Assembly: GCA_018434245.1 (NCBI GenBank)
Contig: JAHDPQ010000003.1
Span: 10,972-74,971 of the forward strand
Origin: Oscillospiraceae bacterium
GTDB lineage: Bacteria > Bacillota > Clostridia > Oscillospirales > Ruminococcaceae
Length of the DNA: 64,000 nt
Direction of reading: 5' to 3'
Made by a program: the position numbers and the translations under genes. Positions 37,697 through 47,399 of this stretch are shown here, piece by piece; positions within the stretch are counted from its first letter, which is position 1, and every line of letters starts with the position of its first letter. Under the pieces are notes generated by a model that saw nothing but the letters and a program-made list of their open reading frames with translations, did not search any database and was not told the origin of the DNA.

Positions 37697-38875
37697 CTAA
37701 TGGGTTATTTGATTGCCCTTCACGTAGACAGACTGAATGGCAATCATATCATCAAACAAAACAAGGTCGGCATCCTTGCCTGCCTCCAGAGAGCCTTTGA
37801 TGTCCCCGAATCCAACCAGCTTGGCGGGATTGAGGGTCATCATCTTCACGGCTTCCCAAACGGGCAGGCCGGCTTCATACACCATCACCCGCACCAGCCG
37901 GTCGGTGGTGGCCACACTGCCGGCAAAGCAGGAACGGTCGGGCATCAGGGCGATGCCGCCCTCTGAGACAACTTCCTGTCCGCCGCTGCGGGACCCAAGA
38001 ATGGAAGGGCCGTCCGGCAATCCCGCCGCCCGCATGCTGTCGGTGCAGAGGATGATCTTATCGTGATCCTTGCACTTGACAATCAGCTTGAGGAGATCGG
38101 GGGGCAGGTGCATGCCGTCTGCAATAATCTCGATATACATATCGTCCAGCAGATAGCCGCTTTCCACCGCTCCCAGTACCCGGAAGCCGTTTTTCCGCAC
38201 AATGGTGGACATGGCGGAATAGAAGTGGGTCAGCAGGCGAACACCGTGACGGAAGGCTTCCTTCATCTCATCCAAAGTGGCAGTGGTATGAGCCGCCGAA
38301 ACCAGAATGCCCTTTTGAGTCAGCCAGTCGGCCATCTCCAGAGCGCCGGGCAGTTCGGGAGCCAAGGACCAGCGCTTAATCGCACCATCGGCATACTCCA
38401 CAATCTTCCGGTAGTGTTCCGGCCTGGGTGAAGAAATGTACCGGGCGTCCTGTGCCCCTTTTTCGGCAGGGGCAAAGTACGGGCCTTCCAGATGCAGTCC
38501 CAGCAGATGGGGCATGTCCCCCGTCATCTTCTGAGCCTCTTTGAAAACATCAATCACCCTGAAAAGTTCATCGTCGCTGCTGGTCAAAGTGGTGGGCATC
38601 AGGCTGGTGGCGCCATGGGACAAATGCATTTTGGCAGCACCGGTGATGTCCTCCAGTCCGCCGTCCATATAGTCGTGTCCCCCGCCGCCATGACTGTGCA
38701 GGTCCACAAATCCCGGGGAGAGATACATCCCCTTACAGTCGATGATTTCACCCTGCAGGCTTTGGCCTTCCGCCATGGAACCCACCGCTGTGATGACTCC
38801 GTCTTCCTCGGTGAGATAACCTTGACGAATCACGCCATCCGGCAACAGAACCCGGGCGTTTACAAATGTTTTCAT
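37697..38875 (-). CDS. nagA: N-acetylglucosamine-6-phosphate deacetylase
   Basis: PGFVDLHSHGGGG, PTTLT, GLHLEGP, AHT, THFYSAM, IIADGMH, TDSM, FAGS, TLNPA. Confidence 0.9.
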   Translation of the reverse strand: MKTFVNARVLLPDGVIRQGYLTEEDGVITAVGSMAEGQSLQGEIIDCKGMYLSPGFVDLHSHGGGGHDYMDGGLEDITGAAKMHLSHGATSLMPTTLTSSDDELFRVIDVFKEAQKMTGDMPHLLGLHLEGPYFAPAEKGAQDARYISSPRPEHYRKIVEYADGAIKRWSLAPELPGALEMADWLTQKGILVSAAHTTATLDEMKEAFRHGVRLLTHFYSAMSTIVRKNGFRVLGAVESGYLLDDMYIEIIADGMHLPPDLLKLIVKCKDHDKIILCTDSMRAAGLPDGPSILGSRSGGQEVVSEGGIALMPDRSCFAGSVATTDRLVRVMVYEAGLPVWEAVKMMTLNPAKLVGFGDIKGSLEAGKDADLVLFDDMIAIQSVYVKGNQITH

Positions 38876-38948
38876 TAATCAAACACCCCCTAACTAAAGT
38901 ATACTGCATTCAATATACCTTAAAAATCTAATGAATACAAGTTGACCT

Positions 38949-40247
38949 TTAGATATACCCCAGCACTTTGGGCAAAAACAGGCTGACGGCAGGGACAAAG
39001 ATGATGATGGCCAACACCGCCAAATAGGTAAAGTAAAAAGGCAAGAAGCCTTTGAGAGACTTTTCGATAGGAATATTGGCGATGGCGCATCCGGCCCACA
39101 AGGAGGTTCCTACAGGAGGGGTGAGAAGCCCCAGTCCCAGAGTCAGAACCATAATCAGGCCAAAGTGGTAGGGGTTGTAGCCGATGGACATGGCAACGGG
39201 ATACAGAATGGGAGTCAGCAGGATAATGAGGATACCCATGTCCATAAAGCAGCCCAGCGCAACCATCATCAGCACCATCATCAGCATAACCACAATGGGG
39301 TTATCGGAAACGGCGGTCAGAGCCGTCGCCACCCGGATGGGCACCTTGAGGTAGGAAAGCACATAGCTAAAGGCACTGGAGGTGGCGATAATGGCCATAA
39401 TGGTGCTCAGAGTTTTCAGGGATTTTAGCAGACAGCTCACAAACTTTTTAAAATTCATGGTCTTGTAGAAGAAGGTGGTGATAATCAAAGCATAGACGGC
39501 GGCAATGGCTCCCGCCTCGGTGGCGGTAAACACGCCTGCCGTAATACCCACCGCCACAATCAGAATGGTGACGAGACCCAAGATAGCTTCCCGCACAATC
39601 TGAATGTTCTCACGCCAGGAGCGTTTTTCGGAGATGGGGTACTTCTTTTTCACCGCAATCACATAGGAGCAGATGGAAAGGGCCAAGGTCAGCAGCACGC
39701 CGGGGATGTAGCCGCACATAAACATGGTGCTGATGGAAAGGCCGCTGCTGGCCGCCACGATGTAAAAGATCATGTTCTGGCTGGGTGGGATGATGACTCC
39801 CTCCACCGAGCTGGTACAGGTGACTGCCACGCTGTAGTCGGCGTCGTAGCCTTCCTTGACCATGGCGGGAATCAGAAATGCACCGATGGAGGAGACGTCG
39901 GCGATGGAAGAGCCGGAGATTCCGCCAAAGAACATAGAAACCACGCAGTTCACAATGGCGGTGCCTCCCCGCATTCTGCCCACCAGAACGTTGCAGAAGC
40001 GGGTCAGGCGGTCCGAAATGCCGCCATCGGTCATAATCTGTGCCATGATGATGAAGAAGGGCACACACATAAAGGTAAAGCTGGTAATACCGGTGGACAT
40101 CTTCTGGAACAGGTTGAGGAAGGGGATGTCCAGATAGATGGCGGTAAACAGCGCAGAAATTCCAAGGCTGAAGGAAATAGGCACCCGCAAGCACATCAAA
40201 ATAATCAAAGAGGCAAAGAGGATGGTGGTTCCAACGGCGATGTTCAT
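38949..40247 (-). CDS. dctM: TRAP transporter large permease
   Basis: VPFFI, GGISGSSIADVS, IIPPS, TATEAGA, TPPVG. Confidence 0.92.
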   Translation of the reverse strand: MNIAVGTTILFASLIILMCLRVPISFSLGISALFTAIYLDIPFLNLFQKMSTGITSFTFMCVPFFIIMAQIMTDGGISDRLTRFCNVLVGRMRGGTAIVNCVVSMFFGGISGSSIADVSSIGAFLIPAMVKEGYDADYSVAVTCTSSVEGVIIPPSQNMIFYIVAASSGLSISTMFMCGYIPGVLLTLALSICSYVIAVKKKYPISEKRSWRENIQIVREAILGLVTILIVAVGITAGVFTATEAGAIAAVYALIITTFFYKTMNFKKFVSCLLKSLKTLSTIMAIIATSSAFSYVLSYLKVPIRVATALTAVSDNPIVVMLMMVLMMVALGCFMDMGILIILLTPILYPVAMSIGYNPYHFGLIMVLTLGLGLLTPPVGTSLWAGCAIANIPIEKSLKGFLPFYFTYLAVLAIIIFVPAVSLFLPKVLGYI

Positions 40248-40804
40248 ACGGTCCCTCCCCTTTCCACATTTAAGTCGTCGATGGTTTTTTCTTTAGAAGC
40301 TTCTTCCTCGTACTCGGAAAGAGGCTTAATGAGGGCAGCGATAAAATTAAAGGCTGCGTACAGCACCATAAAGATTCCCCCTACCACCAGCGGAGCGAAC
40401 AGCCAGCCCTGAGAAAACCGGGTGGCGGGCTGAGGCTTGGGAATATTCATCTTTGTGATGGTAGAACCGTAGATGGTCATTTGCACAAACAGCCAGCCCA
40501 GCAGTCCGTGGCGGAGCAAATCTGCCCCTTTGCGTAAGGCGGGAGGCATCTTGTTGTACAAAAAGTAAAGAGCCGCGTGACCGTCGGTGTAAATATCAAT
40601 GGACATACAAATATAGCCAAACCATACCAAAAACATCAGGGTAGCTTCTTCCGACCAGCTAAAGGGCGCCCGGAATACAAAGCGCATCACCACCTGAACG
40701 AATGTAATGGCAAGCATAATGGTCAGCAACAGGGCACAGATATGGCGTTTGAACTCTACCAGCTTATCAAGAGCATGTCGGATTTTATTAACAGCATTGC
40801 TCAC
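40244..40804 (-). CDS. dctQ: TRAP transporter small permease
   Basis: QVVMRFVF..WSEE, four TMs; GTG at 40804 after AGGAGG. Confidence 0.88.
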   Translation of the reverse strand: MSNAVNKIRHALDKLVEFKRHICALLLTIMLAITFVQVVMRFVFRAPFSWSEEATLMFLVWFGYICMSIDIYTDGHAALYFLYNKMPPALRKGADLLRHGLLGWLFVQMTIYGSTITKMNIPKPQPATRFSQGWLFAPLVVGGIFMVLYAAFNFIAALIKPLSEYEEEASKEKTIDDLNVERGGTV

Positions 40805-40827
40805 CAGCTTACTCCTCCTTTGCGAAA

Positions 40828-40874
40828 ACGAAATCACCGTATTCCCATATGGCAGCGAAATACGGTGATTTCGT
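40828..40874. other. 16 bp-stem inverted repeat between dctP and dctQ (candidate mRNA-stabilising or partial-termination hairpin)
   Basis: ACGAAATCACCGTATT-15 nt-AATACGGTGATTTCGT. Confidence 0.6.
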
Positions 40875-40897
40875 CAGTCTATGCTAGATTTTTTCCC

Positions 40898-41947
40898 TTA
40901 AGCAACAGCTTGAATCTTTGCAATGACGTCGGTGTATTGAGGGTACATGGCATAGATGTCGGAAACACTGTTCTGGAACTCTTTTGCATCTACTTCATAA
41001 ACAGTGCAGCCAGCTTCTTCTACCTTGGCGCGGGCTTCGTCCTGATAATCCTGCATGGCTTTTCTCTGCCAGGCGCAGGCTTCCTTTGCGGCTTCCCGCA
41101 CAGCTTCCTGCTGGCTGGGGCTCATTTTGTCCCAAGAGGTTTTGCTCATCAGCACCATGGCAGGCGGAGCCATGTGGCCGTCCAGCGTGTAGTAGGGAGC
41201 AACCTCGTAGTGGCCGGAGGTGTAGTAGGAGACAAAGTCGTTCTCGGCGCCGTCGATCACGCCGGTCTGCAGGCCCTGATAAACCTCACCGTAAGCCATG
41301 GGAGTGGCAGCGCCGCCCAGCAGCTCTACCATCTTGATAGCCACGTCGGACTGCTGCACCCGCAGCTGCATGCCCTTCAGGTCGGCTACGCTCTGCACAG
41401 GCTTCTTCACGGTGTAGAAGTTGCGGGAACCGGCCTCCCAGTACTCCAGGCCGATCATGTTGTACTCTACTAGGCTATCGCTGACTTCCTGTCCAATTTC
41501 GCCATCCAGAACCTTGTACTTGTGCTCGGTGCTGGTGAAGATGTAGGGCAGGGTGAAGACACCAACCGCATCAGCGGTGGAAGCAAGAGCAGAGGTATTG
41601 ATGCGGGCAAAGTCAAGGGTTCCGGCCTGAACCTGATCGATGGTCTCGTTTTCGTTGCCCAGCTGTGCATCCAGATACACTTCGATGGTAATGTTGCCAT
41701 TCGTCTTTTCCTTCACCAGTTCGGCGAACATTTCAACACCCTGAGAAACAGGGTTGTCCTTGCCCTGGTTTTCGGCAAGCTTAAAGCTGAGAACGGGTTC
41801 GTCCGCTGCGGGGGTGCTTTCGCTGGCGGCGCCTTCACTTCCGCTGGCAGCAGGGGCTGCCGGGGATTGATTGCCGGAGTTGCCACAGGCAGTCAGGGGC
41901 AACGCCATCATGAAAATAGTTAAGATAAGAGCAATAGATTTTTTCAT
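40898..41947 (-). CDS. dctP: TRAP transporter solute-binding lipoprotein
   Basis: Lipobox LTACG, LGNENE, GSRNFY, DLKGMQLRVQ, TPMAYGEVYQGLQTGVIDGAEN. Confidence 0.92.
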   Translation of the reverse strand: MKKSIALILTIFMMALPLTACGNSGNQSPAAPAASGSEGAASESTPAADEPVLSFKLAENQGKDNPVSQGVEMFAELVKEKTNGNITIEVYLDAQLGNENETIDQVQAGTLDFARINTSALASTADAVGVFTLPYIFTSTEHKYKVLDGEIGQEVSDSLVEYNMIGLEYWEAGSRNFYTVKKPVQSVADLKGMQLRVQQSDVAIKMVELLGGAATPMAYGEVYQGLQTGVIDGAENDFVSYYTSGHYEVAPYYTLDGHMAPPAMVLMSKTSWDKMSPSQQEAVREAAKEACAWQRKAMQDYQDEARAKVEEAGCTVYEVDAKEFQNSVSDIYAMYPQYTDVIAKIQAVA

Positions 41948-42059
41948 AACATTTCCTTTCACTTTCTCAATATGTTTTATTGATCTCTGAAGCCGAAGGC
42001 CCCAAAGATGAATACGGTGTTGGTAGGTGGCCAGTTGCGCTGCAGATTTCTATCCCTGA

Positions 42060-43127
42060 CTAGATAAAGTCTTGGAAAAAGTGCAGGTTATTTTTCATGA
42101 TAACGCTGATGGGTACGGTCATTTTGTCGTTTTCCGGCAGGATATTCTTAATCACGTAGGAAAACAGCACTTCAAAACCCAGATGTCCCTTATCATAGGC
42201 ATTTTTATAAATCAGCGCCTGCAAAATGCCCTGCTTTAAAAACACGGCATTCTGTGGGAACAGGTCGCTGCCCACTCCCCGCAACTTGCCCGCCAGCCCG
42301 CAGTCGATCACCGCTTGAGTGAGGGGGACAGTGTCACGGGCAGTCACCGAATAGAACGCCACAATGTCGGGATTGGTTTGCAGTAGCGCCATGGATTCTT
42401 CGTAACACTTTTGGTAATCGCCGTAGTTTTGCATCACCAGCAGCTCAAAATCCCCTGCCGATTCCTCCAGATACTCGGTAAAGCCCTGCAGGTTGTGCAT
42501 GTGGGCCGCATGGGCCGCGCTGCCGCTGGCGATAAGAATTTTACCCGGCTTATGAGTGATGGACGTTAGAATTTCGGCTCCCAAACGCCCTGTCAGCTGG
42601 TCGTGAGGAGCAATGCAGCACAAACGGCCGCTGTCCTTCAGGTCGCTGTCGATCAGCACAACGGGAACGCTTTTATAGGAAAAGCGCTCCACCGCCTGCC
42701 GCAGGTCCTCATCGTTCTGAATCGGCATGGTCAGCAGACCGTCGTACTCAGTGTTGCCGTTATCAAACAGCTTATCCAAAATTTGAATCTGATGATTTTT
42801 ATCTTCTTCAAAGGGAAAATACTCAATCTGAACATTCAGACTGCTGGCTTCGGCTTGATAGGTCTCGATGGCATCCCAAAAATACTTGTGATAATATCGC
42901 CCGTTCCCTTCCCTTTGAGGCAAAACCACTGCCAGCCGCTTGGTTTTGCGCTTTAAGGAAGAGGCGATGTAGTTGGTAGTGTACCCCAAGGCATCGGCAC
43001 GGGCCAAGACGGCCTGCCGCAGCTCTTCGCTGATGCCCTCCTTACCGTGAAGGGCGCGGTGTACCGTGGTGCGCGAAACATTCATATCTGCCGCTATTTC
43101 TTTTAGCGTCACCCGATTACTCCCCAT
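42060..43127 (-). CDS. LacI family transcriptional regulator
   Basis: VTLKEIAADMNVSRTTVHRAL HTH, NYIASSLK, periplasmic-binding-protein-like C-terminal domain. Confidence 0.9.
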   Translation of the reverse strand: MGSNRVTLKEIAADMNVSRTTVHRALHGKEGISEELRQAVLARADALGYTTNYIASSLKRKTKRLAVVLPQREGNGRYYHKYFWDAIETYQAEASSLNVQIEYFPFEEDKNHQIQILDKLFDNGNTEYDGLLTMPIQNDEDLRQAVERFSYKSVPVVLIDSDLKDSGRLCCIAPHDQLTGRLGAEILTSITHKPGKILIASGSAAHAAHMHNLQGFTEYLEESAGDFELLVMQNYGDYQKCYEESMALLQTNPDIVAFYSVTARDTVPLTQAVIDCGLAGKLRGVGSDLFPQNAVFLKQGILQALIYKNAYDKGHLGFEVLFSYVIKNILPENDKMTVPISVIMKNNLHFFQDFI

Positions 43128-43152
43128 AAACCTTCTTCTTAATCCTCTCTTT

Positions 43153-43170
43153 ATCGGTTACGTTACCGAT
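43153..43170. promoter_or_regulatory. Candidate LacI-type operator
   Basis: Near-palindrome ATCGGTTACGTTACCGAT with central CG, between a TTGAAT-17-TAGATT promoter candidate and the lacI-family start. Confidence 0.55.
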
Positions 43171-43548
43171 TCCGTAATCGTTATCTTTAATCTATCACAT
43201 CAATTATTAGGATTCAATAGTCAGATTCCTTAAAATACGAAAGATCAAATTTTCTATTTTTGTAGGTATTAGATTTTTCTACAAGAAACTTCCACGGACT
43301 ATGGTCAACATCCACGATTGTTTTGTAACTGAAATAACATAATTGATACAGAGCTGTCTCCAGCATCATTTTCTCTGCCTGCCGATAAAATGCACTCTCC
43401 CTTGAATTTAAGTGCCATATTTTAAATCATTAATCTGACATATCTGTGCAATCCGCTTTAAATTTGCCCGGAAACATGCTATACTGGGTGCAACAAAAAC
43501 GGCAGCGGCAGCCAAGACACACAGTCCGCTGCCGGCAGGGAGACGTCT

Positions 43549-44286
43549 ATGAATCAGAACACCAAACGGTTCTTGGGAATTGCTTTTGGATGGAGTTACC
43601 TCTGCTTTGGCATTGTAATTGCCTCCCGCCAGCCCTTTTCAGCCCTGAGCACGCCTATGTTTGCTTTGTTTTTGCTGGGCTGCCTCGGCCCCTTGGTGGG
43701 GGCGGCGGGGGTGTACCTTCTCGACCGCAAGAATTTTGGGGGCCTTGGCGGGATATGGCAGGATGCTCTCCAGACGGAAAACGGCTGGCGCAGCCTACTG
43801 CTTGCCCTGCTCTTTCTGCTGCTCCATTACGGGCTTGCCATTCTATTGGGGGCCGTCGGTGCTTTTGGCCCAGTGCAAAAACTGCTGGTCTATCTGCCCA
43901 CGATGCTGGTGCTGTTTGGCACCGGAGAAATTGGCTGGCGGGGCATCGTTCAGCCCAGCATCGAGGCGGTACGGGGCGGATTCTGGCGCTCCTCCATCAT
44001 CACCGGACTGCTGTGGTCCCTGTGGTTTCTTCCCATGCTATTCATTCCGGGATTTGTCATCCGCAGCGATTTTTACATGCAGTTTACTGCCTATCTGATC
44101 GCAGTCGGCCTGCTGCTGACCACTCTGTTTAAAAAGTCCGGTCTGCCCGGCTGCATTTTGTTTTCCACCCTTTTCTTTTCCCTGTCTGCCGTGGTAATCC
44201 TGCGGCAAAGCAACTACCTTCTTGCGGTGGCGGCTGTGGACCTTGTGATTGCCATGGTCTACAACAGCAGGCTGTTCCAATCATAA
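43549..44286 (+). CDS. CPBP (Abi/CAAX) family intramembrane metalloprotease-like protein
   Basis: GTGEIGWRG (family motif EExxxRG reduced to GE), GLLWSLWFLP, multiple TMs. Confidence 0.7.
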   Translation: MNQNTKRFLGIAFGWSYLCFGIVIASRQPFSALSTPMFALFLLGCLGPLVGAAGVYLLDRKNFGGLGGIWQDALQTENGWRSLLLALLFLLLHYGLAILLGAVGAFGPVQKLLVYLPTMLVLFGTGEIGWRGIVQPSIEAVRGGFWRSSIITGLLWSLWFLPMLFIPGFVIRSDFYMQFTAYLIAVGLLLTTLFKKSGLPGCILFSTLFFSLSAVVILRQSNYLLAVAAVDLVIAMVYNSRLFQS

Positions 44287-44304
44287 TCCCTGTACCTGTG
44301 AAAA

Positions 44305-44347
44305 AGCCACCTTTGGTTGCAGTGTTCCGCTACAACCAAAGGTGGCT
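44305..44347. terminator. Hairpin between convergent genes (probable terminator)
   Basis: AGCCACCTTTGGTTG..CAACCAAAGGTGGCT. Confidence 0.7.
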
Positions 44348-44368
44348 ATATTTTGTTAGGGGAAGGTT

Positions 44369-46063
44369 CTACGCAATCTTGCCGCTTTTGTCCTTTTCCT
44401 GCCGGGCCAGCTGCTTGATAGCCCATTCCCGGAGTTTGTACTTCTGGATTTTTCCGCTGGCGGTCATGGGGAACTCCTCCATAAACTCCACGTAGCTGGG
44501 CACCTTGTGACGGGCCATGTTATCCCGTACAAAATCTTTGATTTCCTCGCCGGTACACTCCTTGACAAAGTCCCGCAGCTTGATGCAGGCCATAATTTCC
44601 TCGCCGTAAATCTTGCTGGGAATCCCAATCACCTGAACATCCTTGACCTTGGGATGGCGGTAGAGCAGCTCTTCGATCTCCTTGGGGTAGATGTTCTCGC
44701 CCCCCCGGATGATCATATCCTTGATGCGTCCGGTGATGCGGTAGTTTCCGTTTTCGTCCACGGTGGCCAAATCTCCGGTGTGGAGCCAACCGTCCTCGTC
44801 AATGGCCTGACGGGTGGCCTCTTCCATCTTGTAGTAGCCCTTCATGATGTTGTAGCCCCGTGCGCAGAATTCACCCTGACCCTCTCCCGGGCCGATCTCC
44901 TCTCCGGTTTCGGTGTTGATGATTTTGCACTCCACTCCCGGCAAAGCTCGGCCAACGGTGTTAACTTTGGTTTCGAAGTCATCGTCGCAGGTGGTCTGGG
45001 TGCAACCGGGGGAAGATTCCGTCTGGCCAAATACAATGGTGATGTCCTTCATCCCCATCTTTTCGATGACCAGCTCCATAGCCTTAGCAGGGCAGGGAGA
45101 CCCGGCCATAATGCCAGTGCGCAGCTTGGGGAACTTGTACTTTGGGAATTCCGGGTGTTCAAAGACGGCGATAAACATGGTGGGAACCCCGTGAACAGCG
45201 GTGCACTCCTCATCCTGGCAGGCCTGCATAAACTTGATGGGGTTGTAGTATTCCAAAGGGACCATGGCGCTTGCGTGGGTGACGCAGGCTGTGATGGACA
45301 ACACCATGCCGAAGCAGTGGAAGAAGGGAACGGGGATGCAGAGCTTATCCTCCTCGGTGAACTTCATCCGGTCCCCGATGGACATGCCGTTGTTAATGAT
45401 GTTGTAGTGGGTGAGCATGACTCCCTTGGGGAACCCTGTGGTGCCGGAGGTGTACTGCATGTTGATAATATCGTGGTGATGGAGGCTGTCCCCCACCATA
45501 TGGAGCTGACGGTCGGGGATGACCCGGCCCATTTCCTCCACCTGCTCCCAGGCAAACATCCCCTTAGGGGTCTTGTGGTCGCCTACATAGACAACAGACT
45601 GGAGGCAAGGGAACTCGTTGTTGTGATAGGTGCCGGGGTAGTATTCCCCCAGATCGGGCAGAAGCTTGTAAATGGTCTCCACATAGTCCACGTCTTTAAA
45701 GCCCTGGGTCATCACCAGCACCTTGCTATCGCTCTGTTTGAGCAGATACTGGAGCTCAAACACCTTGTAATTGGTGTTGACGGTGACCAGCACCGCCCCG
45801 ATCTTGGCGGTGGCAAAGAAGGTGATAAGCCACTCGGGAACGTTGGTAGCCCAGATGGCTACCTTGTCGCCTTTTTTGACGCCCATTTTGATAAAGCCCT
45901 TGGCCACCTTGTCACATTCCTCGTTAAACTCTTGCCAGGTGCGCTCATAGTCCCGGTCAATATACTTGACAGCCTGCCGGTCGGGAAAGCGGGAGGCGAT
46001 ATCATCCAGCAGCTTGCCAAAGGTAATCTCCATAAACGGCTTGGTAATCGGTGTGGTAGTCAT
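44369..46063 (-). CDS. AMP-forming acyl-CoA synthetase (ANL superfamily)
   Basis: YTSGTTGFPKGVMLTH, VFGQTE, LHTGDL, GRIKDMIIRGGENIYPKEIE, TASGKIQK; ATG at 46063 after AAGGAGGAG. Confidence 0.9.
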   Translation of the reverse strand: MTTTPITKPFMEITFGKLLDDIASRFPDRQAVKYIDRDYERTWQEFNEECDKVAKGFIKMGVKKGDKVAIWATNVPEWLITFFATAKIGAVLVTVNTNYKVFELQYLLKQSDSKVLVMTQGFKDVDYVETIYKLLPDLGEYYPGTYHNNEFPCLQSVVYVGDHKTPKGMFAWEQVEEMGRVIPDRQLHMVGDSLHHHDIINMQYTSGTTGFPKGVMLTHYNIINNGMSIGDRMKFTEEDKLCIPVPFFHCFGMVLSITACVTHASAMVPLEYYNPIKFMQACQDEECTAVHGVPTMFIAVFEHPEFPKYKFPKLRTGIMAGSPCPAKAMELVIEKMGMKDITIVFGQTESSPGCTQTTCDDDFETKVNTVGRALPGVECKIINTETGEEIGPGEGQGEFCARGYNIMKGYYKMEEATRQAIDEDGWLHTGDLATVDENGNYRITGRIKDMIIRGGENIYPKEIEELLYRHPKVKDVQVIGIPSKIYGEEIMACIKLRDFVKECTGEEIKDFVRDNMARHKVPSYVEFMEEFPMTASGKIQKYKLREWAIKQLARQEKDKSGKIA

Positions 46064-46104
46064 AGCGCTCCTCCTTGATACAAATAGATTTATTTGCATT
46101 TTAG

Positions 46105-46390
46105 GGGAAAACAAAACAGCCTTCGTCTTCCCAAAAGGAAGACGAAAGCTGCAAATACACTTCCGCGGTACCACTTCCATTGACATGTTACCATGCCCGC
46201 TCTGTCACGTCTTATGGCAAAAGCCTTTTCAACGCGCTCCCCTTGTATCGGTGGGGAAATCCGTCCTCGCCTACTTTGTTCAGCTTGGCTGCTCAGGGGT
46301 GAGTTCTTCCGCCGCGGACCTGCCGCATCTCAGCTACCGCGGCTCTCTGAAAGGTCCTTGGACAGGGTACTATTCCCCATCAACGCATTG
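46105..46390 (-). ncRNA. T-box riboswitch, Leu (CUC) specifier
   Basis: Minus strand: GCGTTGATGGGGAATAGTA start, AGAGAG and GCTGAG boxes, GAA-CTC specifier (46303-46301), stem II GAAC/AGTA, antiterminator GGAAG-TGGTACC-GCG..CGT-CTTCC (core 46165-46178), terminator hairpin with T-tract 46108-46150. Confidence 0.9.
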
Positions 46391-46413
46391 ACACTATTAA
46401 TATCTTGCCATTC

Positions 46414-46442
46414 ATCATAGCATGGCAAAAAGCCTTTGTCAA
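46414..46442 (-). promoter_or_regulatory. SigA promoter feeding the T-box leader
   Basis: TTGACA-17 bp-TATGAT with a TG extended -10. Confidence 0.8.
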
Positions 46443-46521
46443 CTGCAAAAAAGCTTCCGCTTGCTTTTAATTGAATCTGCCCAAAAAAACCCTGCCCGGG
46501 CAGGCTTTGGCCTGTGGAAAT

Positions 46522-47028
46522 TTATGGGAGCATGTCGCCGTAGTCGGCCATTTCCTGCCCTACCAGCAACTTGGAATCCAGTAGCAGCACAATCTTGGGG
46601 CCGATTTTTCCGATGCCATTGATATAGCTGGCACTTTGAGCTCCCATGGCGGGACGGGGAGAAATATCTGCGGGGGGGATTTCCAGAACCTCCTTCACCG
46701 CATCCACAATAATGCCCACCTGCCCCTGCTCGGTTTCCAGGATGATGATGCAGGTGCGCTCGTTGTAGACTTGCTCCGCTTTGCCAAACCGCAGGTTGAC
46801 GTCGATGATGGGTACCACCATCCCCCGCATGTTGATGATTCCCTTGACATGAGCGGGCAGCTCGGGTACAGGGGTAATCTCCTGCATTTGGATGATGCCG
46901 TTGACATTGCGGATGGAAAGCCCAAAGGTTTGGTTTTCCACCAAAAAGGTCAGGTATTTGTTGGCGAGGTCGGCATTGGAATCCTCTGTCTGCAGCAGTT
47001 GTGCGATTCCGGTAAAATCGTTGCTCAT
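46522..47028 (-). CDS. cheW: Chemotaxis adaptor CheW
   Basis: KYLTF..FGLSI, ITPVPELPAHVKGIINMRG.VVPIID, GIIVDAV.EV. Confidence 0.88.
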   Translation of the reverse strand: MSNDFTGIAQLLQTEDSNADLANKYLTFLVENQTFGLSIRNVNGIIQMQEITPVPELPAHVKGIINMRGMVVPIIDVNLRFGKAEQVYNERTCIIILETEQGQVGIIVDAVKEVLEIPPADISPRPAMGAQSASYINGIGKIGPKIVLLLDSKLLVGQEMADYGDMLP

Positions 47029-47090
47029 AGTAGCCTCCTTGATGAATTTAAGTTCTGTTTGTATCGGCTTATAACTTTTGATTCCAACGA

Positions 47091-47399
47091 TTACAGGGGG
47101 GGCTTTACGCTTTGGGAGGCGGTGAGGATGGCCAGATAGACATCCACCACCATTTGGTACAGCTCGGGGGGAACCTCCTGCCCCAGCCTAAGCCCCGCAA
47201 GAAGGGTGGCGGCGGTATCGTCGTGGTAGACGGAAATCCCGGCCTCGTCGGCGATTTCTACAATCTTCTGGGCCACATAGCCGCTTCCAGCGGCCACCAC
47301 CACCGGGGCGGCGTTGTGATCCGCGTTGTATTTCAGGGCGGCAACCTTCATGCTGCGAATGTTGTCCTGCTCTTTTTTGCCTCGATTAGATTCGGACAT
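47091..47399 (-). CDS. FlhB C-terminal-domain-like protein (YlqH/FlhX type)
   Basis: AALKYN..APVVVAAGSGYVAQKIVEIA, GQEVPPELYQMV. Confidence 0.85.
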   Translation of the reverse strand: MSESNRGKKEQDNIRSMKVAALKYNADHNAAPVVVAAGSGYVAQKIVEIADEAGISVYHDDTAATLLAGLRLGQEVPPELYQMVVDVYLAILTASQSVKPPL

